A stretch of DNA of 64,000 bases, from positions 1-64,000 of the forward strand of contig CAWDLW010000017.1 in NCBI GenBank assembly GCA_963803145.1, read 5' to 3'. Position numbers and translations under genes: made by a program. This document shows positions 30,980 to 42,135 of this stretch, one piece after another (position 1 is the stretch's first letter; each line of letters opens with the position of its first letter). The stretch comes from Methanotrichaceae archaeon (lineage in GTDB: Archaea > Halobacteriota > Methanosarcinia > Methanotrichales > Methanotrichaceae). The notes under the pieces are model-generated. The model did no database searches and was not told the DNA's origin. It saw only the letters and a program-made list of their open reading frames with translations.

Positions 30980-31013
30980 GGGACGAACTCTGATTACAGC
31001 TACTTAAGTATTT

Positions 31014-31343
31014 TCAGACCTGACTCCATTCAACCATAGTCAAGTGATTCAGCTCTAAATCCAACTCTCCGTAGTTTAACCTGATAGAAAGAATGCCACT
31101 GTGTATTAATAATATCACTATTATGAACATCTCAAGCAGCACAAAGGCTGCTAGAAGCATAGCTCCCATACTTGGAGTCATGGCCATCTCTATTATGAAA
31201 TCCCAGAGAGTCCTTCCTACAACCATTCTTCCACCAATAGCAATAGCGCAAACAGAAAGATCGTCTGGACTTAAGATAAAACCTAGGCAGATATGCGGAG
31301 TGAAAGTGATCCAAAGCATGAAAAGGGTTTTTACTGATTGCAT
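31014..31343 (-). CDS. Small membrane protein (start uncertain)
   Basis: Hydrophobic segment AMLLAAFVLLEMFIIVILLI. Confidence 0.35.
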   Translation of the reverse strand: MQSVKTLFMLWITFTPHICLGFILSPDDLSVCAIAIGGRMVVGRTLWDFIIEMAMTPSMGAMLLAAFVLLEMFIIVILLIHSGILSIRLNYGELDLELNHLTMVEWSQV

Positions 31344-31358
31344 GATATCTTGGATCCA

Positions 31359-31892
31359 ATGGGTGATTTTGAGTGGGCTCTGACAAATGCTTTGAACTCC
31401 TTCTTTGAAAGGGAGAACTTAAGCGCAATAGCATACAGGCTGAAGCAATCGCGCTTCGCATCTCAATTGGTGGATATTCTTGTTGATTCGAGGTACCCTG
31501 AGTATTATCTGGCGATAGAATGTAAGAGCCTTGATGCCCGAAAGACTAAGTCGCTCTACTTTACGCAGCACTTCAGCTCCACAGGTGGCGGCCACCAGAT
31601 TGCCAGAGAGACTGAGTTCATCACACGCTCGGGAAGGATTGGCATACTTGCCGTTGAGCTGCGCCAAGGAGTAGGCGTTGCCCGGACTGCGCATTTCCTG
31701 CCATGGGGATACGTCCATGAGATCTTCGAATCTGGAAAACCTGGCGTGACGGTTGAGGAAATTAGGGCCAATCCTGCGCTTGAGAGGAAAGGCGGAGCCT
31801 ATGAGATCTCAAGGCTTGATATAATCAGAATATCAGGATACTACGATATGGCCTCAGACCAAGATATCGAGACTGATACTCTCCCCGAGTAG
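31359..31892 (+). CDS. PD-(D/E)xK nuclease, Holliday-junction-resolvase-like
   Basis: FE..L, DILVD, AIECKS, HQ motifs. Confidence 0.75.
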   Translation: MGDFEWALTNALNSFFERENLSAIAYRLKQSRFASQLVDILVDSRYPEYYLAIECKSLDARKTKSLYFTQHFSSTGGGHQIARETEFITRSGRIGILAVELRQGVGVARTAHFLPWGYVHEIFESGKPGVTVEEIRANPALERKGGAYEISRLDIIRISGYYDMASDQDIETDTLPE

Positions 31893-31999
31893 CCAGAAGG
31901 GATTTGTCAAAGAGATAAATCAATTGATAAATCAATTCACTTAACTCCAGGCAAGTTTAGTTGCATTAAGCTTTTATTCCAGACCACGTTCCTTTGTGC

Positions 32000-32512
32000 A
32001 TGAAGCTTCCGGGCACTGCGACGCAGGAGGAAAATATCCATATCGCCTTGGGGAAGATGAATATCCAGGAGGGAAATGTATTCCTGGATATCGGCTGCGG
32101 CTCAGGAGCAGTCTCGCTCGCAGCCTCGCACTTCACTAATAGGATCTATGGCATAGATATTAGGGCCGAAGCTGTTGAATCATCGAAGTCGCTTGTGCCT
32201 TCAGGATTCTTTTTCAATGGAGAGGCATCACAGATAATTCCTGATCTGCCGACTGTGGATAGATGCTTCATCGGCGGGACGAGAGATATAGAAAAATTCT
32301 TTCCGGCTTTGATAAATAAGGCGGCGCCAGGATGCATAATTGTTGCAGATATTGCGAGGATCGGCATGGCTTCAAAGGTCGCTAAACTGATGAAAGATCA
32401 AGGGATATTTTATGAGCTCTTGCATATACAGATCGCCCGCGGCTATGATCTTGCAGGGGACATCGCCCTGCGGCCTATAAACCCGATATTCATGGTGGCG
32501 GGAAGATGTTGA
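32000..32512 (+). CDS. cbiT: Cobalt-precorrin-6B C15-methyltransferase
   Basis: DIGCGSG, FIGGT, NPIF; first gene of the cbi operon. Confidence 0.88.
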   Translation: MKLPGTATQEENIHIALGKMNIQEGNVFLDIGCGSGAVSLAASHFTNRIYGIDIRAEAVESSKSLVPSGFFFNGEASQIIPDLPTVDRCFIGGTRDIEKFFPALINKAAPGCIIVADIARIGMASKVAKLMKDQGIFYELLHIQIARGYDLAGDIALRPINPIFMVAGRC

Positions 32513-33111
32513 TCGGCATCAGCCTTGGGCCCGGTGACCCGGGGCTTTTAACCTTCAAAGCTGCAGATGCAATGAAGAGCAGCATCAAGGTTTTTGTGCC
32601 AGGAGAGATGGCCGCAGAGCTTGCAAAGCCGTATTGCTTGCCGGAAGTTCTTGATTTCCCGATGATAGAGGATGCTATAAAGCTGGAGGAGATATGGTCA
32701 AGGAACGCCGACATCGTGGCATCCTATGCTGAAAAGGGTCCAACTGGGTTCGCATGTATCGGCGATGTCAATACATTCTCTACATTCAGCCATCTCAAAA
32801 GGGTTGTAAAGCAAAGGCATCCCGGGATTGAGGTTGAAACTATACCTGGAGTTGGAATTGTGCCTGCCCTAGCATCGCGATTTGATGCAGCCCTGGATGG
32901 ATCATTCGAGGTCTCAGACGGATCTGAGGTCGCATCAGTTATCAGGATGAAGGCAACAAGGCCAAGAAGGATTGCCGATGAGCTAAGAGAGCGCGGCTTC
33001 AACGAGTTCGTGCTCGGCGTAAAGCTCTGCACCCCGGATGAAAGGATAATATACGACGATATGCCTGAAAGAAGCGATTATTTCAGCGTTCTTTTAGCTC
33101 GGAGGCGGTAG
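32506..33111 (+). CDS. cbiL: Cobalt-factor II C20-methyltransferase
   Basis: [17 protein letters not shown]. Confidence 0.9.
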   Translation: MLIGISLGPGDPGLLTFKAADAMKSSIKVFVPGEMAAELAKPYCLPEVLDFPMIEDAIKLEEIWSRNADIVASYAEKGPTGFACIGDVNTFSTFSHLKRVVKQRHPGIEVETIPGVGIVPALASRFDAALDGSFEVSDGSEVASVIRMKATRPRRIADELRERGFNEFVLGVKLCTPDERIIYDDMPERSDYFSVLLARRR

Positions 33112-33112
33112 T

Positions 33113-33823
33113 ATGAAGGTCTATTTTGTGGGCGCAGGTCCTGGGGACCCTGAGCTTATCACAGTCAAAGGGAGAAGGCTGATTGAGGAGGCCGACCTTG
33201 TAGTTTACACAGGCTCGCTGATAAATTCCGATCTTCTAAAGGGCCTTAAGGCCGAGCTTGTGGATAGCAGCAACCTATCCCTTGAGACTACTACCGCTAA
33301 GATTATTGAGGCTCTCAAATCAGACAAAAAAGTTGTGAGGCTTCACAGCGGCGACCCATCGCTCTATGGAGCGATCCTTGAGCAGATGAAGCCGCTTGAG
33401 GATGCTCATGTAGAAGTTGAGGTTGTCCCTGGAGTCTCATCCCTCTTTGCGGCATCGGCTGCACTGAAGACGCAGCTTACTCTTAAAGGCGTATCAGAAT
33501 CACTAGTAGTGACAAGGCCGGCAGGCACGACACTTGAAAAGGATGAGATCGCATCGCTCTCGAGGCACAGAAGTACAATGGCAATATTTCTGGGCATAGA
33601 TAAGATAAGAGAGGTCATCGGCTCCTTGGATTTGCCAAGCAATACGCCTGCCGCCGTAGTCTACCATGCTTCATGGCCAGATCAGAAGGTTTTGATCGGC
33701 ACTCTGGAGGATATTGCTGATAAAGTTGAGGCTGCAGGCATCAGCCGCAGCGCTTTGATACTCATCGGAGGAGTAGTAAAGCGATCGGGCTTCAGGAGGT
33801 CGCATCTATACAGAGATCGGTAG
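33113..33823 (+). CDS. cbiF: Cobalt-precorrin-4 C11-methyltransferase
   Basis: [34 protein letters not shown]. Confidence 0.93.
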   Translation: MKVYFVGAGPGDPELITVKGRRLIEEADLVVYTGSLINSDLLKGLKAELVDSSNLSLETTTAKIIEALKSDKKVVRLHSGDPSLYGAILEQMKPLEDAHVEVEVVPGVSSLFAASAALKTQLTLKGVSESLVVTRPAGTTLEKDEIASLSRHRSTMAIFLGIDKIREVIGSLDLPSNTPAAVVYHASWPDQKVLIGTLEDIADKVEAAGISRSALILIGGVVKRSGFRRSHLYRDR

Positions 33824-34686
33824 CTGTTCTCGTCTTCCCTAGAGATCTAGATAAAGGGGAAAGGATTGCACAGGCTTTAGCCGAAAGCTACAATCCAGCA
33901 GTTGTAATCTACGGTGATAACATCGAAGAGATGCTGAAGAGCTTCGACCTGGTAGTAGCAGTAATGGCAGCCGGCATAATTGTAAGAAAACTCTACGGCC
34001 ATATGAAGAGCAAATGGGAGGATACGCCAGTTGTTGCAGTCAGCTCCTCTCTGAGCTGCGCTGTTCCTATAATTGGCGGACACCATGGGGCAAATGAGCT
34101 GGCCCTTTTTTTGGCCGACCGATTGAGTATGTTTCCAGCAATCACAACTGCGACAGAGGCATCTGGCAGGCAGAGCCTTGAAGGCGTGGCCAAGGTCTTG
34201 AACGCAGAAATCATTAACCGCGAATCCTCAAAGGATGTCAACCTTGCGTTTCTAAGAGAGGATGTGCCTGTAATAAGGCTGAAGGGCCCTAAAGTGGTAG
34301 TAGTAGATGACGACGTGGCGGTTTTGAAGTCTAAAGGACTGGTTGTTGGTTTGGGCGCAAGGAGGGGCATCGGGTCTGGGGAGGTGCTTGATGCCATAGA
34401 TTCTGCCCTGAAAACGTCCGGCAGAAGAAGGGAAGAAATAGGGATCATAGCTACAGCATGGCTCAAGAAGGATGAGAAGGGAATATCGGATGCTGCTACA
34501 GCCCTCGGAAGAGATGTAGTCTATCTCCCAGAGTGTGTGCTGAATTCCCAAGAGCCAACAACGCCATCACGTGCAAACGATCTCGGTCTTTCAGGTGTGG
34601 CAGAGTCGGCTGTATTGGCAATTGCAAAAAGACTCATCATGCCTAAAAAGGTCTACGGGAGGGTAACGGTTGCCCTCGGAGAATAA
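33808..34686 (+). CDS. cbiG: Cobalt-precorrin-5A hydrolase; probable ATA start
   Basis: [26 protein letters not shown]; frame open from 33808 after AGGAGGT. Confidence 0.88.
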   Translation: MQRSVAVLVFPRDLDKGERIAQALAESYNPAVVIYGDNIEEMLKSFDLVVAVMAAGIIVRKLYGHMKSKWEDTPVVAVSSSLSCAVPIIGGHHGANELALFLADRLSMFPAITTATEASGRQSLEGVAKVLNAEIINRESSKDVNLAFLREDVPVIRLKGPKVVVVDDDVAVLKSKGLVVGLGARRGIGSGEVLDAIDSALKTSGRRREEIGIIATAWLKKDEKGISDAATALGRDVVYLPECVLNSQEPTTPSRANDLGLSGVAESAVLAIAKRLIMPKKVYGRVTVALGE

Positions 34687-36079
34687 GCTTTCAATCATCG
34701 GCATAGGTCCTGGCAAGCGCCGACGGATGACATTTCAAGCTGTCGATGCCATAAAAAAATCAAAATTCATTGTGGGCTATAGGCCCTATCTTGAGCTGAT
34801 CGGCGATCTGCTGGATGGGAAGGAAGTAATCTCAAGCAGCATGGGAAAAGAGGTAGACAGGGCCAAAGTTGCCGTAAGCCTTGTCGATGAAGGCCCTGTG
34901 GCGCTTGTAAGCAGCGGAGATCCAAATATCTATGGCATGGCTGGGCTGGGGCTTGAGATCGCATCAAGGAGTATGAGCCTAGATAGAACAGAGATCGTTC
35001 CAGGGGTCACTTCATTTACTGCCGCTTCCTGCGCTGCAGGCATCATCTTTAGAAAATCAGTCGCAGTAATCAGCCTGAGCGATCTCCTCACACCCTGGTC
35101 TAGCATCGAGCGCCGCCTTAGACTTGCTTCAGAGCTAGGCATGCCTATTGCGCTTTACAACCCCAAGAGCCACAGGCGCGAATGGCAGTTGAATAAAGCC
35201 CTGGAGATATACGGCAGAGACACTGTTGCGCTTATCGCAAAAAATGTTGGCCGCGATGGCGAGGAGATCCTATGGACAAAGGCCGGAGACCTGTTGGAAA
35301 AGGATGATCTCAAAGATAATATCGATATGTTCACACTTGTCATTCTCTGCGGCAATTCTGTGAGCTGCGGCAGTGCGACACGTGAATCCAGGATCAACAT
35401 AGTAGGCATAGGTCCAGGCAGCTCCAACATGATCACGCTAGAAGTCGAAGAGCTATTGGCAAACTCGGGGAAAATCTTCGGGCCTGAGAGATATCTCCAA
35501 TCCGTCAGAGGCATCTCGAAAGGAGATGAGGTTACCCATCAGGGATCATGTGCCGAAAGGATGGCCATGCGATTTAAGGAGGCTAAAGCAGCCTACGATA
35601 AGGGAATTGCATCATCAATTTTGACAGGGGGCGATCCCAGCATCTTCAGCTCAGCCTGGAGAGTCCTAGAGGATGCCCAAGGCATTGGTGTACATATCGC
35701 CTCAGGTGTGAGCGCCTTTTCTGCCGTTGCTGCTAGGGCTGGTGCACCTCTAGTAAATGATTTCATCCTTCTCTCAGGGCCTAACGATCCTATGCAAATT
35801 GCAGCGCTTGCTAATGCAGGTTTTGGAATAGCGATCTACAACGTCCAGGGAGCTGAAATCGAGTCGATTTTGCAAGGGATTGATCCAAATAGGCCATGTG
35901 TTCTTGCGAGGGATGCGGCGCGAAGCGGCGAGGAGATCATAGTATTAACCGCGAGCGATCTTATGGCGTCCAAACCCAGCGGTTTCAGGTTCACCCTCCT
36001 GATAGCATCCGAGAATTCCTATATAAAAGATGGAAAAATAATAACACGAAGAGGCTATGAGACCAGGTACAGCTATTGA
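34670..36079 (+). CDS. cbiH: Precorrin-3B C17-methyltransferase with a second tetrapyrrole-methylase domain
   Basis: SGDPNIYGMA, ISLSDLLTPW, YNPKS, TRRGY; second GIGPG/GGDP domain. Confidence 0.9.
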   Translation: MPSENKLSIIGIGPGKRRRMTFQAVDAIKKSKFIVGYRPYLELIGDLLDGKEVISSSMGKEVDRAKVAVSLVDEGPVALVSSGDPNIYGMAGLGLEIASRSMSLDRTEIVPGVTSFTAASCAAGIIFRKSVAVISLSDLLTPWSSIERRLRLASELGMPIALYNPKSHRREWQLNKALEIYGRDTVALIAKNVGRDGEEILWTKAGDLLEKDDLKDNIDMFTLVILCGNSVSCGSATRESRINIVGIGPGSSNMITLEVEELLANSGKIFGPERYLQSVRGISKGDEVTHQGSCAERMAMRFKEAKAAYDKGIASSILTGGDPSIFSSAWRVLEDAQGIGVHIASGVSAFSAVAARAGAPLVNDFILLSGPNDPMQIAALANAGFGIAIYNVQGAEIESILQGIDPNRPCVLARDAARSGEEIIVLTASDLMASKPSGFRFTLLIASENSYIKDGKIITRRGYETRYSY

Positions 36080-36723
36080 AGCGTGAGATGATGGATGAGA
36101 AATACACAGATATCGGCGCGACTACTGAGGAGGCCATGGAGATCAGCAGAAAGAGCAGAGGCTACATCTCTGGAATCGTGGGCGATTCATCTCAGGAGGA
36201 TAGAATCAGACAGCGGTGTGTTATCGCCACAGGCGACCTGAGCGTTGCTGAGATACTAAGATTTATGCTAGACCCTGTTCAGGCCGGCCTGAAAGCCCTC
36301 GAAAAAGAGGCTCCGATCTATGCAGACATAAAGATGGTGGAGGCAGGCGTAATCAAAAAAATACATAAAAGCGCCATTAAGACCTTCTTAGGAAGCGGCG
36401 ACGATCTGGCCCACACACGAGGGATCACGCGAACATCTGCTGGGGTTCTGGCATTACAGAGTGAGCTTTCGGGCTCAATAATAGTAATAGGGAATGCTCC
36501 CTCAGCCCTTCTTACGCTCTGCGATCTTATGGAGTCCGGCAAGGTAATGCCTGCATTAGTAATAGGCGTTCCAGTAGGCTTCGTAAATGCAGCCGAAAGC
36601 AAAGAGAAGCTAAGGGGGATAGCTGTGCCCTCAATATCCACAGTAGGCACTCGGGGCGGAACTCCAATAGCAGTTGCCGCCATGAATGAGATCATAAATA
36701 TCTACGCCAATATGAGATCATAA
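36076..36723 (+). CDS. cbiC: Precorrin-8X methylmutase
   Basis: GNAPSAL, PVGFVNAAESK, RGGT. Confidence 0.93.
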   Translation: MKREMMDEKYTDIGATTEEAMEISRKSRGYISGIVGDSSQEDRIRQRCVIATGDLSVAEILRFMLDPVQAGLKALEKEAPIYADIKMVEAGVIKKIHKSAIKTFLGSGDDLAHTRGITRTSAGVLALQSELSGSIIVIGNAPSALLTLCDLMESGKVMPALVIGVPVGFVNAAESKEKLRGIAVPSISTVGTRGGTPIAVAAMNEIINIYANMRS

Positions 36724-36729
36724 ATTTCC

Positions 36730-37734
36730 ATGCCGATTATTGATCCTGTTACGGGCTTCGAGATTCCTGACCTCTGGATATCAGATGCCGAACCTGGTGC
36801 TCTGGAAAAGATAAGAAGCGGACTATGGGTTCTTCTATCTGATGGAAGAATGCTACGACGAGGGACTACGACAGGAACAACTGCCGCCGCTGCTTGTAAG
36901 GGCGCGATCCTATCTCTTATGAAGGATGTAAAAGAGGTGGATGTGATGACGCCAGCTGGAATCAGGGTATCTATGCCCGTGAATGCAAGCAGAGGCATAT
37001 GTTCTGTCTTCAAGGAGGGCGGTGATCACCAGCTCGATGTCACCAGCGGTATAGAGATTATTGCAGTAGCGAGCCCTTCAGAGAAAACCGAGCTGGTAGC
37101 AGGAAAAGGAGTAGGCAGGATTTCAGGGAGAGGGCTCTGTGCACCCATTGGTCATGCCGCTATAAGCCAATCTGCCAGAAAGCAGATTATGGAGGCTACT
37201 ATCGAAGGATTAGTCTGCACGGGATTGAAAGGCGTTAAGGTCGAGCTAGGCGTGCCAAAGGGCGTTGAGGTTGCTCTGAAAACACTTAATCCTAAGCTCG
37301 GAATTAAGGGAGGAATATCTATCCTCGGATCAACCGGCTTTGTCGAGCCCTGGAATGAGCATTTGGTTGAAAGCCGGGCTGAAGAACTAAAGGGCATAGA
37401 AAAGGTTCTGGCGACCACTGGAAGGACTGGACTAAAGTATAGCAGAATCCTGTTTCCGGAGCATAAAGCTGTTCTCATTGGCAGTCAGCTCCATCATCTC
37501 GAGTTTGTTAAGGATCAGGACAGCATATTATGTGGGCTGCCTGCACTGATATTGAAATGGGCCTGGCCCGATGTGCTTGAGGGAACAGGATATAATACAA
37601 TAACGGAGATGATTGAGAGAGAACCCGAACATCTGAACATCTCGATTGCTCTCCAAAAAACCAAAGCTAAACTTCCATTCACAAGAATAGTCCTTCTTCA
37701 AAGGGATGGAAAAATCTTCAGGGATGTCAGATGA
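36730..37734 (+). CDS. cbiD: Cobalt-precorrin-5B C1-methyltransferase
   Basis: GTTTGTTAAAA, TLNPKLGI.GGISILGSTG. Confidence 0.93.
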   Translation: MPIIDPVTGFEIPDLWISDAEPGALEKIRSGLWVLLSDGRMLRRGTTTGTTAAAACKGAILSLMKDVKEVDVMTPAGIRVSMPVNASRGICSVFKEGGDHQLDVTSGIEIIAVASPSEKTELVAGKGVGRISGRGLCAPIGHAAISQSARKQIMEATIEGLVCTGLKGVKVELGVPKGVEVALKTLNPKLGIKGGISILGSTGFVEPWNEHLVESRAEELKGIEKVLATTGRTGLKYSRILFPEHKAVLIGSQLHHLEFVKDQDSILCGLPALILKWAWPDVLEGTGYNTITEMIEREPEHLNISIALQKTKAKLPFTRIVLLQRDGKIFRDVR

Positions 37735-38297
37735 TAATAGTAGGAGTGGGCGCGGGCCCCGGGATGCTTACCCTGGAGGCGATAAAATCTATCAATGAGG
37801 CTAAGCTGATCTATGGGTCCGAGAGATCGATAGACCTGGCCAGGGAGCATATAGATCCTTCCTGCTCAGTAAAAATTATAGAAGACTATAAGAAACTCAG
37901 TGAGCTTCCCGATGAGGCAGTTGTTCTTTCTACTGGCGATCCAATGCTCAGCGGTCTCGGGCATTTGAAAGGGATGGTAATCCCCGGCATATCCAGCATG
38001 CAGGTTGCCTGCGCTCGCCTGAAAGTTAGCCAGCTAAAAGTTGTACCTATAACCATACACGGCAGAAGCATGGATCCAGAGGCCATTGCCTCTTGCTTAC
38101 GTAATGGCAGGGATGTGTTTCTCCTAGCCGATGACTCTGCTGATATCGAGGGCCTTTGCAGCTACCTCGAAAGCCAGGGCATCTCAAGGGATGTTGCTAT
38201 ACTTACAGATCTCGGGTATCCCGAGGAAAAGATTATTCTGGGGAAGACTTCCGCGCCACCGAAGGCAACAGGCCTCTACAGTATCATGATCTTCTAA
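37731..38297 (+). CDS. cbiE: Cobalt-precorrin-7 C5-methyltransferase
   Basis: STGDPMLSG, PGISS.Q, LGYPEE. Confidence 0.9.
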   Translation: MIIVGVGAGPGMLTLEAIKSINEAKLIYGSERSIDLAREHIDPSCSVKIIEDYKKLSELPDEAVVLSTGDPMLSGLGHLKGMVIPGISSMQVACARLKVSQLKVVPITIHGRSMDPEAIASCLRNGRDVFLLADDSADIEGLCSYLESQGISRDVAILTDLGYPEEKIILGKTSAPPKATGLYSIMIF

Positions 38298-38338
38298 TTA
38301 ATGTCTTCTAAGCCAGGGTCTTCTAAATCATGGTTCCT

Positions 38339-39142
38339 CTAAGGATTGCACGCCTTGCAGGGTTGATATCCTTGCTTTTGTGCCTCCTCGGCATTTGCAA
38401 AGTAGACCTTATTTTCAGGCTTAATCTTTATCGCATAGGAACAATCTGGTCGGTGATATTTTTTGGAAGTTTTGCTTCCTACAAGCCCTCCTACCACGCC
38501 ACTTGAACCAGTTAGGATCTCCGACAAACTGCTTTGTGAGCTGGAGCTGGACTCTTGGACCTGAGTCAAATTATTTGAAGGGGCCTGCTTGGACAAATAA
38601 CCTTTCAGGCTCTCATCAGAAATGACATGAGGTTCTTTTTCACCCAGGGATACGAATACATATTGAACCCCCTGACCTTTATTTGATGCTTCAAACTCGC
38701 CGATGCACCTCCTTGTTCCAGATTCGATGAATCCTTCCGGGCCTGAGATCTCTAAGGTACAGTTATAGGTACCTTGAGGGATCTTTTTGTTCTTAGATAT
38801 CTCAAAATGCTGATCTTTAGTGGGCTCTATATCCATCATCATATACCTTATATCATCAATCCTTTGGCTACCATTCTGAAGTTCGGCATCTATCATAAGA
38901 TAGGGCAGAGAGGCATTGCTCCAGAGTACAATGTCACCCTCTGTTCTAAAAAGATCTTCACTAACCTCTGAGGTGAAATCGATATCTAAACGGCTGGTGC
39001 TGCTTTTCTCCACAGCCAGCTGCGGAGTGCTGCCCATCATGTTGGTTCCGCTCTCTATGCAGCCCATAATGCATAATAGAATTAGAATAAGCGGGAATAG
39101 ACCTAAATACTTGCCACACTTTCTAAAATATCTAAGAGACAA
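38339..39142 (-). CDS. Probable lipoprotein with C-terminal Ada-like metal-binding domain
   Basis: Hydrophobic N-terminus ending GC; KYHRPDC...GYQPCKACNP. Confidence 0.8.
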   Translation of the reverse strand: MSLRYFRKCGKYLGLFPLILILLCIMGCIESGTNMMGSTPQLAVEKSSTSRLDIDFTSEVSEDLFRTEGDIVLWSNASLPYLMIDAELQNGSQRIDDIRYMMMDIEPTKDQHFEISKNKKIPQGTYNCTLEISGPEGFIESGTRRCIGEFEASNKGQGVQYVFVSLGEKEPHVISDESLKGYLSKQAPSNNLTQVQESSSSSQSSLSEILTGSSGVVGGLVGSKTSKKYHRPDCSYAIKIKPENKVYFANAEEAQKQGYQPCKACNP

Positions 39143-39148
39143 TTGGTC

Positions 39149-39171
39149 AACCCCTTTATTTCCAGTGGAAC
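39149..39171 (-). promoter_or_regulatory. Origin recognition box (ORB)
   Basis: GTTCCACTGGAAATAAAGGGGTT matches the archaeal ORB consensus with G-string. Confidence 0.8.
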
Positions 39172-39200
39172 ATTTGGGTCAGCATCAACCAAACTCAGCC

Positions 39201-39668
39201 TTACCTTTCCATAGATCGCAGTGCTTTCAAAGCTGCCTCTATGCAATCGAATTGCTTCCTTAGCTTATCCAGATCCTGCTCCCTATCGATGCCGCTTGCC
39301 AATTCCTTCAGCTTGCGAAGAATGGCTTTCCTGAGAGCCGCCTCCTCGACACTAAGCCCTTCTTGTGCCGATGTATCTATATCAGATCTAGCCTTGTCTA
39401 TAGAAGACTCTTCTGTTGGCATTTTCTCTTCTTGAGCGACCTTGCCTTGGTCAGACCCAGAAGATTCATCTTTCATTCCTTTTGCTGTGTCTTCGGCCGC
39501 GCCCCCTTCCCCAAAGGAACACACAGGACATACTACCTGGCCCCTATACCTGAACAGCGGCGCACCGCAACTGTGATGAGTAGCAAGCATTGTGCCCCCC
39601 TGCTCTAGCAGTCTCGTTATCCTTTTCAGCATCTCCTCTTCATCCATGCCTATCACCGATATAGCCAC
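39201..39668 (-). CDS. UPF0148 zinc-ribbon protein
   Basis: LLEQGGTMLATHHSCGAPLF...CPVC. Confidence 0.85.
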   Translation of the reverse strand: MAISVIGMDEEEMLKRITRLLEQGGTMLATHHSCGAPLFRYRGQVVCPVCSFGEGGAAEDTAKGMKDESSGSDQGKVAQEEKMPTEESSIDKARSDIDTSAQEGLSVEEAALRKAILRKLKELASGIDREQDLDKLRKQFDCIEAALKALRSMER

Positions 39669-39792
39669 TTTATGAGTTTAGTTATCTTAATCGTTTAATT
39701 ACCATATACGTTTAAATACAACAACTATAACATCACTTCTCAACTAGAACGGATACCATCATTAACCTTTTTCCCTTAGTAAAGGTGATTCC

Positions 39793-40053
39793 ATGACAGC
39801 TGAGGAAACTATTAAGCAATGCGTCGAAGCCTTAGAACGCATTATGAGCGACGATGCCGTCCCACGGAACATCAGACGCTCTGCAGAGAACGTTAAAGCC
39901 ATTCTCCAGGATAAAAGTACGAACGAGGCGATCAAGGCTGCATCTGCCATATCTGTACTTGATGAAATAAGCAATGATCCAAATATACCTCTTCATACAA
40001 GAACTCTTATCTGGAACGTAGCAAGCCAGCTTGAAACAATACCAGTAGGATAA
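39793..40053 (+). CDS. UPF0147 family protein
   Basis: [17 protein letters not shown]. Confidence 0.92.
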   Translation: MTAEETIKQCVEALERIMSDDAVPRNIRRSAENVKAILQDKSTNEAIKAASAISVLDEISNDPNIPLHTRTLIWNVASQLETIPVG

Positions 40054-40914
40054 GCTATAGTCAGATTCTTATCGGTGTCAAAGCCGCTCTACATCATAAT
40101 CGATTATCTAGATGCCATAAAATGTAACCGCTAGGATCGAGCTGAGAGCCAATTCCGATTTTATAGACTGAAGGCTGAGAGGGGGACCGCATAATTTCCA
40201 CTGGAATCCAAACAGGTCTGGCTATCGGCACTTCGCCAAGACCAAATATAGCATGGTATGACTTCATAGGATTATATACGAGATAGCCAACAGAGACCTT
40301 ATTTATACATGCCTAGCATAAACAGAGCATTTAAGCACTTTCAGACATATCAAAAATTTTTACAGAATCTTCGGCATACGCGTTTGAAGCTTATATCTAG
40401 AAACTCAAATATAAAGCAATGCTCACCGAAGTAGAACGCACTTAGAACGGATGCATATTGGTCAGCAATCTTTGCACACTTCAGCCTTAGCACGCTTTAA
40501 TTAAAGAATCGGGCCTTTTATGTAAATTAGAGTATAAACCACGAGAAATGTGATCCTAAAGCTCTATCTCTTAATGCATAAGAAGCGTTAGCATATGACG
40601 TATCATCGCGAACGGATATACCGATAGCCAGAATTATCCTAAAGCGAGGATAAAATAAGCAAAATATCTTGCCACTTTGGCGCATATGTTATTCAAAATT
40701 AATCAGCCCCATGGAAAGATTTAAGTATAATTGATTGTATACACTTAAATGACTAAATTTATTTTCATAATCAATCAAGCTAAAAGACAAATTTATTTCA
40801 TCTCCATTAGAAACAATGGGGGGGGTGGGTAGCGTTTCCATTGGAAATGGAGGAATGTCACGATAACTCTTAATACAACCTTAACCCAAGGAAAAATGTT
40901 CGAGGGGAATTATC
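40054..40914. other. Probable replication origin (oriC)
   Basis: 860-bp intergenic region before cdc6; ORB-like sites at ~40195-40208, ~40802-40826 and ~40834-40853; AT-rich stretch ~40718-40800. Confidence 0.8.
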
Positions 40915-42135
40915 GTGACTACATCGGGAGGGTTATTTGCCGATCTATTGGCTCAGGGGGGCATATTTCAGAATAGAGATGTCTTGAGGCCGACATATAC
41001 ACCCAGTGAGTTGCCTCATAGAGAGGAACAGATAAACAGTTTGGCTTCTGTTTTAGTGCCAGCTTTGAGGGGAGAAACTCCTTCGAACGTTCTTATTTAT
41101 GGTAAAACTGGAACAGGCAAAACAGCCGTCGCCAAATATGTAGGCAAGGAGCTAGAGGAAGCAGGCTTTGGTATCAAGTGCTCTGTGATCTATATCAACT
41201 GCGAGATAGTCGATACCCAATATAGGATCCTGGCACATCTTGCAAGGCATTTCGATAAGGAGATACCTATGACCGGCTGGCCGACAGATCAGGTCTATGC
41301 CGAGTTCAGGAATTCATTAGATGACGAAAAACGTGTGGTAGTCATCATGCTCGATGAGGTTGACAAGCTGGTCAAGAAAGGAGATGATGTGCTCTACAAT
41401 CTCTCTAGAGTGAACTCCGACCTGTTGCGTTCCAGAGTCAGCCTTATAGGCATATCAAACGACTTGAAGTTCACTGAGTTTCTTGATCCCAGGGTTAAGA
41501 GTTCTCTTGGGGAAGATGAGATCATATTTCCTCCATACAATGCTGAACAAATTAAGGATATACTTGGGCAAAGGGCAAAGCTGGCCTTCAAGCCTGGGGT
41601 TCTTGAGGAGGATGTTATACCCTTATGCTCTGCTCTTGCAGCACAAGAGCATGGTGATGCACGGAGAGCATTGGATTTGCTCAGGATCTCAGGGGAGCTG
41701 GCTGAGAGAGCACGCAGCGTCATAGTATCTGAGGATCATGTTCGCTCTGCCAGAGAGAAGATCGAGCAGGATCGTGTAGATGAAGTGATTAAGACTCTTC
41801 CAACACAGTCAAAGCTAGTGCTATACAGCATAGTGCTTCTTGAGGAGCAGGGGATAAGGAATATTACAACCAGCGCCGTCTATAATATGTATAAGCAGCT
41901 CTGCCCTATGCTGGAGACGGATTATCTGACTCATAGAAGGATAACCGATCTTATAGCCGAATTAGATATGCTGGGCATACTTCATACAATAGTTGTAAGC
42001 AAAGGAAGGTATGGAAGGACAAAGGAGATCAGCTTGAGCATCTATCCCGGAAAGCTTAAGGCTACATTGCTTCAGGATTATCGCCTAAAAGCCTTGAGCG
42101 ATGTTAACGTACCTGTTCAATCAAGGTTCGGCTAG
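40915..42135 (+). CDS. cdc6: Orc1/Cdc6 replication initiator
   Basis: GKTGTGKT Walker A, LDEVD Walker B, GDARRALD, SKGRYGRT wing. Confidence 0.97.
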   Translation: MTTSGGLFADLLAQGGIFQNRDVLRPTYTPSELPHREEQINSLASVLVPALRGETPSNVLIYGKTGTGKTAVAKYVGKELEEAGFGIKCSVIYINCEIVDTQYRILAHLARHFDKEIPMTGWPTDQVYAEFRNSLDDEKRVVVIMLDEVDKLVKKGDDVLYNLSRVNSDLLRSRVSLIGISNDLKFTEFLDPRVKSSLGEDEIIFPPYNAEQIKDILGQRAKLAFKPGVLEEDVIPLCSALAAQEHGDARRALDLLRISGELAERARSVIVSEDHVRSAREKIEQDRVDEVIKTLPTQSKLVLYSIVLLEEQGIRNITTSAVYNMYKQLCPMLETDYLTHRRITDLIAELDMLGILHTIVVSKGRYGRTKEISLSIYPGKLKATLLQDYRLKALSDVNVPVQSRFG

